Source: Eledone cirrhosa | Taxonomy: Eukaryota | Length of the DNA: 64,000 nt | Assembly (NCBI GenBank): GCA_964016885.1 | Contig: OZ024740.1 | Coordinates: forward strand, 399,528,001 to 399,592,000 | Direction of reading: 5' to 3' | Shown: piece by piece, positions 39,001 through 53,700 of the stretch | How the letters are laid out: each line of letters opens with the position of its first letter | Position numbering within the stretch: the stretch's first letter is position 1 | Program-made: the position numbers and the translations under genes | Notes under the pieces: model-generated | What the model saw: only the letters and a program-made list of their open reading frames with translations | Databases searched by the model: none | Told to the model about the DNA's origin: nothing

Positions 39001-42000
39001 TGACTCCTACATGACCACTTTACACTGTGCGCTGGGTGCTTTTTGTTGGGACTCCTACACGACCACTTTACACTCTGGGCTGGGTGCTTTTTGTTATGAC
39101 TTCTACATGACGACTTTACAGTGTGGGCTCGGTGCTTTTTGTTGTGACTCCTACACAACCACTTTACAGTGTGGGCTGGGTGCTTTTTTTTGTGACACCT
39201 ACATGACTACTTTACAGTTTGGGATGGGTGCTTTTTGTTGTGACTCCTACATGACCACTTTACACTCTGGGCTTGGTGCTTTTATTTGGGACTCCTACAC
39301 GACCACTTTACACTGTGGGCTGGGTGCTTTTTGTTATGACTTTTACACGACCACTTTACAGTGTGGGCTCGGTGCTTTTTGTTGTGACTCCTACACGACC
39401 ACTTTACACTCTGGGCTGGGTGCTTTTTGTTGTGACTCCTACACGACCACTTTACACTGTGGGCTGGGTGCTTTTTGTTGTGACTCCTAAATTACCACTT
39501 TACAGTGGGATGGGTGCTTTTTGTTGTGACTCTGTACACGACCAATTTACAGTGTGGGCTGGGTGCTTTTTGTTTTGACTCCTACATGACCACTTTACAG
39601 TGGGATGGGTGCTTTTTGTTGCGACTCCTACACGACCACTTTACAGTGTGGGCTGGGTGCTTTTTTTTGTGACTCCTACACGACCACTTTACAGTGTGGG
39701 ATGGGTGCTTTTTGTTGTGACTCCTACACGACCACTTTACACTCTGGGCTGGGTGCTTTTTGTTGGGACTCCTACACGACCACTTTAAACTCTGGGCTGG
39801 GTGCTTTTTGTTGTGACTCGTACACGACCACTTTACACTGTGGGCTGGGTGCTTTTTGTTATGACTTCTACACGACCACTTTACAGTGTGGGCTCGGTGC
39901 TTTTTGTTGTGACTCCTACACAACCACTTTACAGTGTGGGCTGGGTGCTTTTTGTTGTGAATCCTACACGACCACTTTACACTCTGGGCTGGGTGCTTTT
40001 TGTTATGACTTCTATACGACCACTTTACAGTGTGGGATGGGTGCTTTTTGTTGTGATTCCTAAATGACCACTTTACACTGTGGGTTGGGTGCTTTTTGTT
40101 ATGACTTCCACACGACCACTTTACACTGTGGGCTCGGTGCTTTTTATTGTGACTCCTACACGACTACTTTACAGTGTGGGATGGGTGCTTTTTGTTGTGA
40201 CTCCTACACGACTACTTTACAGTGTGGGATGGGTGCTTTTTCTTGTGACTCCTACACGACCACTTTACACTCTGGGCTGGGTGCTTTTTGTTGTGACTCC
40301 TACACGACCACTTTACACTGTGGGCTGGGTACTTTTTGTGATGACTTCTACACGACCACTTTACAGTGTGGGCTGGGTGCTTTTTGTCGGGACTCCTACA
40401 CGACCACTTTACAGTGTGGGCTGGGTGCTTTTTGTTTTGACTCCTACATGACCACTTTACAGTGGGCTGGGTGCTTTTTGTTGTGACTCTTACACGACCA
40501 CTTTACACTGTGGGCTGGGTGCTTTTTGTTGTGACTCTTACACGACCAATTTACAGTGTGGGCTGGGTGCTTTTTGTTTTGACTCCTACATGACCACTTT
40601 ACAGTGGGATGGGTGCTTTTTGTTGCGACTCCTACACGACCACTTTACAGTGTGGGCTGGGTACTTTTTGTGATGACTTCTACACGACCACTTTACAGTG
40701 TGGGCTGGGTGCTTTTTGTCGGGACTCCTACACGACCACTTTACAGTGTGGGCTGGGTGCTTTTTGTTGTGACTCCTACACGACCACTTTACACTCTGGG
40801 CTGGGTGCTTTTTGTTGTGACTCCTACATGACCACTTTACACTGTGGGCTGGGTGCTTTTTCTTATGACTTCTACACGACCACTTTACAGTGGGCTCGGT
40901 GCTTTTTGTTGTGACTCCTACACGACCACTTTACAGTGTGGGATGGGTGCTTTTTGTTCTGACTCCTACACGACTACTTCACACTCTGGGCTGGGTGCTT
41001 TTTGTTGTGACTCCTACATGACCACTTTACACTCTGGGCTGGGTGCGTTTTGTTGTGACTCCTACACGACCACTTTACACTGTGAGCTGGGTGCTTTTTG
41101 TTGACTTCTGTACGAACACTTTACAGTGTGGGCTGGGTGCTTTTTGTTGTGACTCCTACACGACCACTTTACACTCTGGGCTGGGTGCTTTTTGTTGTGA
41201 CTCCTACACGACCACTTTACACTGTGGGCTGGGTGCTTTTTCTTACGACTTCTACACGACCACTTTACAGTGTGGGCTCGGTGCTTTTTGTTGTGACTCC
41301 TACACGACCACTTTACAGTGTGGGCTGGGTGCTTTTTGTTGTGACTCCTACACGACCACTTTACACTCTGGGCTGGGTGCTTTTTGTTGTGACTCCTACA
41401 TGACCACTTTACAGTGGGATGGGTGCTTTTTGTTGTGACTCCTCCACGACCACTTTACACTCTGGGCTGGGTGCTTTTTGTTGTGACTCCTACACGACCA
41501 CTTTACACTGTGGGCTGGGTGCTTTTTCTTATGACTTCTACACGACCACTTTACACTCTGGGCTGGGTGCTTTTTGTTGTGACTCCTACACGACCACTTT
41601 ACACTGTGGGCTGGGTGCTTTTTCTTATGACTCCTATACGACCACTTTACAATGTGGGATGGGTGCTTTTTGTTGTGACTCCTAAATGACCACTTTACAC
41701 TGTGGGCTGGGTGCTTTTTGTTGTGACTCCTACACGACCACTTTACACTGTGGGCTGGGTGCTTTTTGTTATGACTTCTACACGACCACTTTACACTGTG
41801 GGCTGGGTGCTTTTTATTGTGACTCCTACACGACTACTTTACAGTGTGGGATGGGTGCTTTTTGTTGTGACTCCTACACGACCACTTTACACTCTGGGCT
41901 GGGTGCTTTTTGTTGGGACTCCTACACGACCACTTTACACTCTGGGCTGGGTGCTTTTTGTTATGACTTCTACACGACGACTTTACAATGTGGGCTCGGT

Positions 42001-45000
42001 GCTTTTTGTTGTGACTCCTACACGACCACTTTACACTCTGGGCTGGGTGCTTTTTGTTGTGACTCCTACACGACCACTTTACACTGTGGGCTGGGTACTC
42101 TTTGTGATGACTTCTACACGACCACTTTACAGTGTGGGCTGGGTGCTTTTTGTTGGGACTCCTACACGACCACTTTACAGTGTGGGCTGGTTGCTTTTTG
42201 TTTTGACTCCTACATGACCACTTTACAGTGGGCTGGGTGCTTTTTGTTGTGATTCTTACACGACCACTTTACACTGTGGGCTGGGTGCTTTTTGTTGTGA
42301 CTCTTACACGACCAATTTACAGTGTGGGCTGGGTGCTTTTTGTTTTGACTCCTACATGACCACTTTACAGTGGGATGGGTGCTTTTTGTTGCGACTCCTA
42401 TACGACCACTTTACAGTGTGGGCCGGGCGCTTTTTTTTGTGACTCCTACACGACCACTTTACATTGTGGGCTGGGTGCTTTTTGTTCTGACTCCTACATG
42501 ACCACTTTACAGTGTGGGCTCGGTGCTTTTTGTTGTGACTCCTACAGGACCACTTTACACTCTGGGCTGGGTGCTTTTTGTTGTGACTCCTACACGACCA
42601 CTTTACACTGTGGGCTGGGTACTTTTTGTGATGACTTCTACACGACCACTTTACAGTGTGGGCTGGGTGCTTTTTGTCGGGACTCCTACACGACCACTTT
42701 ACAGCGTGGGCTGGGTGCTTTTTGTTGTGACTCCTACACGACCACTTTACAGTGTGGGACGGGTGCTTTTTGTTGTGACTCCTACACGACCACTTTACAC
42801 TCTGGGCTGGGTGCTTTTTGTTGTGACTCCTACACGACCACTTTACACTGTGGGCTGGGTGCTTTTTGTTATGACTTCTACACGACCACTTTACACTGTG
42901 GGCTCGGTGCTTTTTATTGTGACTCCTACACGACTACTTTACAGTGTGGGATGGGTGCTTTTTGTTGTGACTCCTACACGACCACTTTACACTGTGGGAC
43001 GGGTGCTTTTTGTTGTGACTCCTACATGACCACTTTACACTCTGGGCTGGGTGCTTTTTGTTGGGACTCCTACACGACCCCTTTACACTCTGGGCTGGGT
43101 GCTTTTTCTTATGACTTCTACACGACCACTTTACAGTGTGGGCTCGGTGCTTTTTGTTGTGACTCCTACACGACCACTTTACACTGTGGGCTGGGTGCTT
43201 TTTGTTGACTTCTATACGAACACTTTACAGTGTGGGCTGGGTGCTTTTTATTGTGACTCCTACACGACCACTTTACACTCTGGGCTGGGTGCTTTTTGTT
43301 GTGACTCCTACACGACCACTTTACACTGTGGGCTGGGTGCTTTTTCTTATGACTTTTACACGACCACTTTACAGTGTGGGCTCGGTGCTTTTTGTTGTGA
43401 CTCCTACACGACCACTTTACACTTTGGGCTGGGTGCTTTTTGTTGTGACTCCTACACGACCACTTTACACTGTGGGCTGGGTGCTTTTTCTTATGACTTC
43501 TACATGACCACTTTACACTCTGGGCTGGGTGCTTTTTGTTGTGACTCCTACACGACCACTTTACAGTGTGGGCTGGGTGCTTTTTGTTGTGCCTCCTACA
43601 TGACCACTTTACAGTGGGATGGGTGCTTTTTGTTGTGACTCCTCCACGACCACTTTACACTCTGGGCTGGGTGCTTTTTGTTGTGACACCTACACGACCA
43701 CTTTACAGTGTGGGCTGGGTGCTTTTTGTTGTGACTCCTACACGACCACTTTACAGTGTGGGATGGGTGCTTTTTGTTGTGACACCTACACGATCACTTT
43801 ACAGTGTGGGATGGGTGCTTTTTGTTCTGACTCCTACACGACCACTTCACACTCTGGGCTGGGTGCTTTTTGTTGTGACGCCTACATGACCACTTTACAC
43901 TGTGGGCGGGTGCTTTTTGTTTACTTCTACACGACCACTTTACAGTGTGGGCTGGATGCTTTTTCTTGTGACTCCTACACGACCACTTAACACTCTGGGC
44001 TGGGTGCTTTTTGTTGTGACTCCTACACGACCACTTTACACTGTGGGCTGGGTGCTTTTTGTTGGGACTCCTACACGACCACTTTACACTCTGGGCTGGG
44101 TGCTTTTTGTTGTGACTCCTACATGACCACTTTACACTGTGGGCAGGGTACTTTTTGTTGTGACTCCTACACAACCACTTTACAGTGTGGGCTGGGTGCT
44201 TTTTGTTGTAACTTCTACATGACCAATTTACAGTGTGGGCTCGGTGCTTTTTGTTGTGACTCCTACACAATCACTTTACAGTGTGGGATGGGTGCTTTTT
44301 GTTGTGACTCCTACACGACCACTTTGCACTCTGGGCTGGGTGCTTTTTGTTGGGACTCCTACAAAACCACTTTACAATATGGGCTGGGTGCTTTTTGTTA
44401 TGACTTCTACAAGACCACTTTACAATGTGGGCTCGGTGCTTTTTGTTGTGACTCCTACACGACCACTTTACACTCTGGGCTGGGTGCTTTTTGTTGTGAC
44501 TCCCACACAACCACTTTACAGTGTGGGCTGGGTGCTTTTTGTTGTGACTCCTAAATGACAACCTTACAGTGGGATGGGTGCTTTTTGTTGTGTCTCCTAC
44601 ACGACCAATTTACAGTGTGGGCTGGGTGCTTTTTTTTGTGACTCCTACACGACTACTTTACAGTGTGGGATGGGTGCTTTTTGTTGTGACTCCTACACGA
44701 CCACTTTACACTCTGGGCTGGGTGCTTTTTGTTGGGACTCCTACACGACCACTTTACACTCTGGGCTGGGTGCTTTTTGTTGTGACTCCTACACGACCAC
44801 TTTACACTGTGGGCTGGGTACTTTTTGTGATGACTTCTACACGACCACTTTACAGTGTGGGCTGGGTGCTTTTTGTCGGGACTCCTACACGACCACTTTA
44901 CAGTGTGGGCTGGGTGCTTTTTGTTGTGACTCCTACACGACCACTTTACACTGTGGGATGGGTGCTTTTTGTTGTGACTCCTACACGACCACTTTACACT

Positions 45001-47790
45001 CTGGGCTGGGTGCTTTTTGTTGTGACTCCTACACGACCACTTTACACTGTGGGCTGGGTGCTTTTTCTTATGACTTCTACACGACCACTTTACTGTGTGG
45101 GCTTGGTGCTTTTTGTTGCGACTCCTACACGACCACTTTACACTGTGGGCTGGGTGCTTTTTGTTGTGACTCCTACACGACCACTTTACACTCTGGGCTG
45201 GGTGCTTTTTATTGTGACTCCTACACGACTACTTTAAAGTGTGGGATGGGTGCTTTTTGTTGCGACTCCTACACGACCCCTTTACACTGTGGGCTGGGTG
45301 CTTTTTGTTGTGACTCCTACACGACCACTTTACACTCTGGGCTGGGTGCTTTTTGTTATGACCTCTATACGACCACTTTACAGTGTGGGATGGGTGCTTT
45401 TTGTTGTGACTCCTAAATGAGCACTTTACACTGTGGGCTGGGTGCTTTTTGTTGTGACTCCTAAATGACCACTTTACGGTGTGGGCTGCATGCTTTTTGT
45501 TGTGACTCCTACACGACCAATTTACAGGGTGGGCTGGGTGCTTTTTGTTTTGACTCCTACATGACCACTTTACACTCTGGGCTGGGTGCTCTTTGTTGGG
45601 ACTCCTACACGACCACTTTACACTCTGGGCTGGGTGCTTTTTTTTGTGACTCCTACACGACTACTTTACAGTGTGGGATGGGTGCTTTTTGTTGTGACTC
45701 CTACACGACCACTTTACACTCTGGGCTGGGTGCTTTTTGTTGGGACTCCTACACGACCACTTTACACTCTGGGCTGGGTGCTTTTTGTTGTGACTCCTAC
45801 ACGACCACTTTACACTGTGGGCTGGGTACTTTTTGTGATGACTTCTACACGACCACTTTACAGTGTGGGCTGGGTGCTTTTTGTCGGGACTCCTACACGA
45901 CCACTTTACAGTGTGGGCTGGGTGCTTTTTGTTTTGACTCCTACATGACCACTTTACAGTGGGATGGGTGCTTTTTGTTGTGACTCCTACATGACCACTT
46001 TACACTGTGGGCTGGGTGCTTTTTGTTGTGACTCCTACATGACCACTTTACAGTGTGGGCTGGGTGCTTTTTGTTGTGACTCCTACACGACCACTTTACA
46101 CTCTGGGCTGGGTGCTTTTTGTTGTGACTCCTAGACGACCACTTTACACTGTGGGCTGGGTGCTTTTTGTTATGACTTCTACACGACCACATAACACTGT
46201 GTGCTCGGTGCTTTTTATTGTGACTCCTACACGACTAATTTACAGTGTGGGATGGGTGCTTTTTGTTGTGACTCCTACACGACCACTTTACACTCTGGGC
46301 TGGGTGCTTTTTGTTGGGACTCCTACACGACCACTTTACACTCTGGGCTGCGTGCTTTTTGTTGGGACTCCTACACGACCACTTTACACTGTGGGCTGGG
46401 TGCTTTTTGTTGTGACTCCTACACGACCACTTTACACTGTGGGCTGGGTGCTTTTTGTTGGGACTCCTACACGACCACTTTACCCTCTGGGTTGGGTGCT
46501 TTTTGTTGGGACTCCTACACGACCACTTTACACTGTGGGCTGGGTGCTTTCTGTTGGGACTCCTACACGACCACTTTACACTCTGGGCTGGGTGCTTTTT
46601 GTTGGGACTCCTTGACGACCACTTTACACTGTGGGCTGGGTGCTTTTTGTTATGACTCCTACACGACCACTTTACACTCTGGGCTGGGTGCTTTTTGTTG
46701 ACTTCTACATGACCACTTTACAGTGAGGGCTGGGTGCTTTTAGTCGTGACTCCTACACAACCACTTTACAGTGTGGGCTGGGTGCTTTTTGTTGTGACTC
46801 CTAAATGAGCACTTTACACTGTGGGCTGGGTGCTTTTTGTTGTGACTCCTAAATGACCACTTTACGGTGGGATGGGTGCTTTTTGTTGTGACTCCTACAC
46901 GACCAATTTACAGAGTGGGCTGGGTGCTTTTTGTTTTGACTCCTACATGACCACTTTACAGTGGGATGGGTGCTTTTTGTTGTGACTCCTACACGACCAC
47001 TTTACACTGTGGGCTGGGTGCTTTTTGCTGTGACTCCTACACGACCACTTTACACTGTGGGCTGGGTGCTTTTTGTTGGGACTCCTACACGACCACTTTA
47101 CACTCTGGGTTGGGTGCTTTTTGTTGGGACTCCTACACGACCACTTTACACTGTGGGCTGGGTGCTTTCTGTTGGGACTCCTACACGACCACTTTACACT
47201 GTGGGCTGGGTGCTTTTTGTTGGGACTCCTACACGACCACTTTACACTCTGGGCTGGGTGCTTTTTGTTGGGACTCCTACACGACCACTTTACACTCTGG
47301 GCTGGGTGCTTTTTGTTGACTTCTACATGACCACTTTACAGTGAGGGCTGGGTGCTTTTAGTCGTGACTCCTACACAACCACTTTACAGTGTGGGCTGGG
47401 TGCTTTTTGTTGTGACTCCCTAATGACCACTTTACAGTGGGATGGGTGCTTTTTGTTGTGACTCCTACACGACCACTTTACACTCTGGGCTGGGTGCTTT
47501 TTGTTGTGACTCCTACACAACGACTTTACAGTGTGGGCTGGGTGCTTTTTGTTGGGACTCCTACACGACCACTTTACACTCTGGGCTGGGTGCTTTTTGT
47601 TATGACTTCTATACGACCACTTTACAGTGTGGGAAGGGTGCTTTTTGTGGTGACTCCTAAATGACCACTTTACACTGTGGGCTGGGTGCTTTTTGTTGTG
47701 ACTCCTAAATGACCACTTTACGGTGGGATGGGTGCTTTTTGTTGTGACTCCTACACGACCAATTTACAGGGTGGGCTGGGTGCTTTTTGT
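30060..47790 (+). repeat. Tandem duplication of an ~8.88-kb satellite block (~30060-38945 and ~38945-47790)
   Basis: Constant offset 8884 (30389/39273, 32802/41686, 35685/44569), then 8886 (36700/45586, 38075/46961), then 8838 (38599/47437). Confidence 0.92.
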
Positions 47791-50700
47791 TTTGACTCCT
47801 ACATGACCACTTTACAGTGGGATGGGTGCTTTTTGATGAGACTCCTACACGACCACTTTACACTCTGGGCTGGGTGCTTTTTGTTGTGACTCCTACACGA
47901 CCACTTTACACTGTGGGCTGGGTGCTTTTTCTTACGACTTCTACACGACCACTTTACAGTGTGGGCTCGGTGCTTTTTGTTGTGACTCCTACACGACCAC
48001 TTTACACTCTGGGCTGGGTGCTTTTTGTTGTGACTCCTACACGACCACTTTACACTCTGGGCTGGGTGCTTTTTGTTGTGACTCCTACATGACCACTTTA
48101 CAGTGGGATGGGTGCTTTTTGTTGTGACTCCTCCACGACCACTTTACACTCTGGGCTGGGTGCTTTTTGTTGTGACTCCTACACGACCACTTTACACTGT
48201 GGGCTGGGTGCTTTTTCTTATGACTTCTACACGACCACTTTACACTCTGGGCTGGGTGCTTTTTGTTGTGACTCCTACACGACCACTTTACACTGTGGGC
48301 TGGGTGCTTTTTCTTATGACTCCTATACGACCACTTTACAATGTGGGATGGGTGCTTTTTGTTGTGACTCCTAAATGACCACTTTACACTGTGGGCTGGG
48401 TGCTTTTTGTTGTGACTCCTACACGACCACTTTACACTGTGGGCTGGGTGCTTTTTGTTATGACTTCTACACGACCACTTTACACTGTGGGCTGGGTGCT
48501 TTTTATTGTGACTCCTACACGACTACTTTACAGTGTGGGATGGGTGCTTTTTGTTGTGACTCCTACACGACCACTTTACACTCTGGGCTGGGTGCTTTTT
48601 GTTGGGACTCCTACACGACCACTTTACACTCTGGGCTGGGTGCTTTTTGTTATGACTTCTACACGACGACTTTACAATGTGGGCTCGGTGCTTTTTGTTG
48701 TGACTCCTACACGACCACTTTACACTCTGGGCTGGGTGCTTTTTGTTGTGACTCCTACACGACCACTTTACACTGTGGGCTGGGTACTCTTTGTGATGAC
48801 TTCTACACGACCACTTTACAGTGTGGGCTGGGTGCTTTTTGTTGGGACTCCTACACGACCACTTTACAGTGTGGGCTGGTTGCTTTTTGTTTTGACTCCT
48901 ACATGACCACTTTACAGTGGGCTGGGTGCTTTTTGTTGTGATTCTTACACGACCACTTTACACTGTGGGCTGGGTGCTTTTTGTTGTGACTCTTACACGA
49001 CCAATTTACAGTGTGGGCTGGGTGCTTTTTGTTTTGACTCCTACATGACCACTTTACAGTGGGATGGGTGCTTTTTGTTGCGACTCCTATACGACCACTT
49101 TACAGTGTGGGCCGGGCGCTTTTTTTTGTGACTCCTACACGACCACTTTACATTGTGGGCTGGGTGCTTTTTGTTCTGACTCCTACATGACCACTTTACA
49201 GTGTGGGCTCGGTGCTTTTTGTTGTGACTCCTACAGGACCACTTTACACTCTGGGCTGGGTGCTTTTTGTTGTGACTCCTACACGACCACTTTACACTGT
49301 GGGCTGGGTACTTTTTGTGATGACTTCTACACGACCACTTTACAGTGTGGGCTGGGTGCTTTTTGTCGGGACTCCTACACGACCACTTTACAGCGTGGGC
49401 TGGGTGCTTTTTGTTGTGACTCCTACACGACCACTTTACAGTGTGGGACGGGTGCTTTTTGTTGTGACTCCTACACGACCACTTTACACTCTGGGCTGGG
49501 TGCTTTTTGTTGTGACTCCTACACGACCACTTTACACTGTGGGCTGGGTGCTTTTTGTTATGACTTCTACACGACCACTTTACACTGTGGGCTCGGTGCT
49601 TTTTATTGTGACTCCTACACGACTACTTTACAGTGTGGGATGGGTGCTTTTTGTTGTGACTCCTACACGACCACTTTACACTGTGGGACGGGTGCTTTTT
49701 GTTGTGACTCCTACATGACCACTTTACACTCTGGGCTGGGTGCTTTTTGTTGGGACTCCTACACGACCCCTTTACACTCTGGGCTGGGTGCTTTTTCTTA
49801 TGACTTCTACACGACCACTTTACAGTGTGGGCTCGGTGCTTTTTGTTGTGACTCCTACACGACCACTTTACACTGTGGGCTGGGTGCTTTTTGTTGACTT
49901 CTATACGAACACTTTACAGTGTGGGCTGGGTGCTTTTTATTGTGACTCCTACACGACCACTTTACACTCTGGGCTGGGTGCTTTTTGTTGTGACTCCTAC
50001 ACGACCACTTTACACTGTGGGCTGGGTGCTTTTTCTTATGACTTTTACACGACCACTTTACAGTGTGGGCTCGGTGCTTTTTGTTGTGACTCCTACACGA
50101 CCACTTTACACTTTGGGCTGGGTGCTTTTTGTTGTGACTCCTACACGACCACTTTACACTGTGGGCTGGGTGCTTTTTCTTATGACTTCTACATGACCAC
50201 TTTACACTCTGGGCTGGGTGCTTTTTGTTGTGACTCCTACACGACCACTTTACAGTGTGGGCTGGGTGCTTTTTGTTGTGCCTCCTACATGACCACTTTA
50301 CAGTGGGATGGGTGCTTTTTGTTGTGACTCCTCCACGACCACTTTACACTCTGGGCTGGGTGCTTTTTGTTGTGACACCTACACGACCACTTTACAGTGT
50401 GGGCTGGGTGCTTTTTGTTGTGACTCCTACACGACCACTTTACAGTGTGGGATGGGTGCTTTTTGTTGTGACACCTACACGATCACTTTACAGTGTGGGA
50501 TGGGTGCTTTTTGTTCTGACTCCTACACGACCACTTCACACTCTGGGCTGGGTGCTTTTTGTTGTGACGCCTACATGACCACTTTACACTGTGGGCGGGT
50601 GCTTTTTGTTTACTTCTACACGACCACTTTACAGTGTGGGCTGGATGCTTTTTCTTGTGACTCCTACACGACCACTTAACACTCTGGGCTGGGTGCTTTT

Positions 50701-53700
50701 TGTTGTGACTCCTACACGACCACTTTACACTGTGGGCTGGGTGCTTTTTGTTGGGACTCCTACACGACCACTTTACACTCTGGGCTGGGTGCTTTTTGTT
50801 GTGACTCCTACATGACCACTTTACACTGTGGGCAGGGTACTTTTTGTTGTGACTCCTACACAACCACTTTACAGTGTGGGCTGGGTGCTTTTTGTTGTAA
50901 CTTCTACATGACCAATTTACAGTGTGGGCTCGGTGCTTTTTGTTGTGACTCCTACACAATCACTTTACAGTGTGGGATGGGTGCTTTTTGTTGTGACTCC
51001 TACACGACCACTTTGCACTCTGGGCTGGGTGCTTTTTGTTGGGACTCCTACAAAACCACTTTACAATATGGGCTGGGTGCTTTTTGTTATGACTTCTACA
51101 AGACCACTTTACAATGTGGGCTCGGTGCTTTTTGTTGTGACTCCTACACGACCACTTTACACTCTGGGCTGGGTGCTTTTTGTTGTGACTCCCACACAAC
51201 CACTTTACAGTGTGGGCTGGGTGCTTTTTGTTGTGACTCCTAAATGACAACCTTACAGTGGGATGGGTGCTTTTTGTTGTGTCTCCTACACGACCAATTT
51301 ACAGTGTGGGCTGGGTGCTTTTTTTTGTGACTCCTACACGACTACTTTACAGTGTGGGATGGGTGCTTTTTGTTGTGACTCCTACACGACCACTTTACAC
51401 TCTGGGCTGGGTGCTTTTTGTTGGGACTCCTACACGACCACTTTACACTCTGGGCTGGGTGCTTTTTGTTGTGACTCCTACACGACCACTTTACACTGTG
51501 GGCTGGGTACTTTTTGTGATGACTTCTACACGACCACTTTACAGTGTGGGCTGGGTGCTTTTTGTCGGGACTCCTACACGACCACTTTACAGTGTGGGCT
51601 GGGTGCTTTTTGTTGTGACTCCTACACGACCACTTTACACTGTGGGATGGGTGCTTTTTGTTGTGACTCCTACACGACCACTTTACACTCTGGGCTGGGT
51701 GCTTTTTGTTGTGACTCCTACACGACCACTTTACACTGTGGGCTGGGTGCTTTTTCTTATGACTTCTACACGACCACTTTACTGTGTGGGCTTGGTGCTT
51801 TTTGTTGCGACTCCTACACGACCACTTTACACTGTGGGCTGGGTGCTTTTTGTTGTGACTCCTACACGACCACTTTACACTCTGGGCTGGGTGCTTTTTA
51901 TTGTGACTCCTACACGACTACTTTAAAGTGTGGGATGGGTGCTTTTTGTTGCGACTCCTACACGACCCCTTTACACTGTGGGCTGGGTGCTTTTTGTTGT
52001 GACTCCTACACGACCACTTTACACTCTGGGCTGGGTGCTTTTTGTTATGACCTCTATACGACCACTTTACAGTGTGGGATGGGTGCTTTTTGTTGTGACT
52101 CCTAAATGAGCACTTTACACTGTGGGCTGGGTGCTTTTTGTTGTGACTCCTAAATGACCACTTTACGGTGGGATGGGTGCTTTTTGTTGTGACTCCTACA
52201 CGACCAATTTACAGGGTGGGCTGGGTGCTTTTTGTTTTGACTCCTACATGACCACTTTACACTCTGGGCTGGGTGCTCTTTGTTGGGACTCCTACACGAC
52301 CACTTTACACTCTGGGCTGGGTGCTTTTTTTTGTGACTCCTACACGACTACTTTACAGTGTGGGATGGGTGCTTTTTGTTGTGACTCCTACACGACCACT
52401 TTACACTCTGGGCTGGGTGCTTTTTGTTGGGACTCCTACACGACCACTTTACACTCTGGGCTGGGTGCTTTTTGTTGTGACTCCTACACGACCACTTTAC
52501 ACTGTGGGCTGGGTACTTTTTGTGATGACTTCTACACGACCACTTTACAGTGTGGGCTGGGTGCTTTTTGTCGGGACTCCTACACGACCACTTTACAGTG
52601 TGGGCTGGGTGCTTTTTGTTTTGACTCCTACATGACCACTTTACAGTGGGATGGGTGCTTTTTGTTGTGACTCCTACATGACCACTTTACACTGTGGGCT
52701 GGGTGCTTTTTGTTGTGACTCCTACATGACCACTTTACAGTGTGGGCTGGGTGCTTTTTGTTGTGACTCCTACACGACCACTTTACACTCTGGGCTGGGT
52801 GCTTTTTGTTGTGACTCCTAGACGACCACTTTACACTGTGGGCTGGGTGCTTTTTGTTATGACTTCTACACGACCACATAACACTGTGTGCTCGGTGCTT
52901 TTTATTGTGACTCCTACACGACTAATTTACAGTGTGGGATGGGTGCTTTTTGTTGTGACTCCTACACGACCACTTTACACTCTGGGCTGGGTGCTTTTTG
53001 TTGGGACTCCTACACGACCACTTTACACTCTGGGCTGCGTGCTTTTTGTTGGGACTCCTACACGACCACTTTACACTGTGGGCTGGGTGCTTTTTGTTGT
53101 GACTCCTACACGACCACTTTACACTGTGGGCTGGGTGCTTTTTGTTGGGACTCCTACACGACCACTTTACCCTCTGGGTTGGGTGCTTTTTGTTGGGACT
53201 CCTACACGACCACTTTACACTGTGGGCTGGGTGCTTTCTGTTGGGACTCCTACACGACCACTTTACACTCTGGGCTGGGTGCTTTTTGTTGGGACTCCTT
53301 GACGACCACTTTACACTGTGGGCTGGGTGCTTTTTGTTATGACTCCTACACGACCACTTTACACTCTGGGCTGGGTGCTTTTTGTTGACTTCTACATGAC
53401 CACTTTACAGTGAGGGCTGGGTGCTTTTAGTCGTGACTCCTACACAACCACTTTACAGTGTGGGCTGGGTGCTTTTTGTTGTGACTCCTAAATGAGCACT
53501 TTACACTGTGGGCTGGGTGCTTTTTGTTGTGACTCCTAAATGACCACTTTACGGTGGGATGGGTGCTTTTTGTTGTGACTCCTACACGACCAATTTACAG
53601 AGTGGGCTGGGTGCTTTTTGTTTTGACTCCTACATGACCACTTTACAGTGGGATGGGTGCTTTTTGTTGTGACTCCTACACGACCACTTTACACTGTGGG

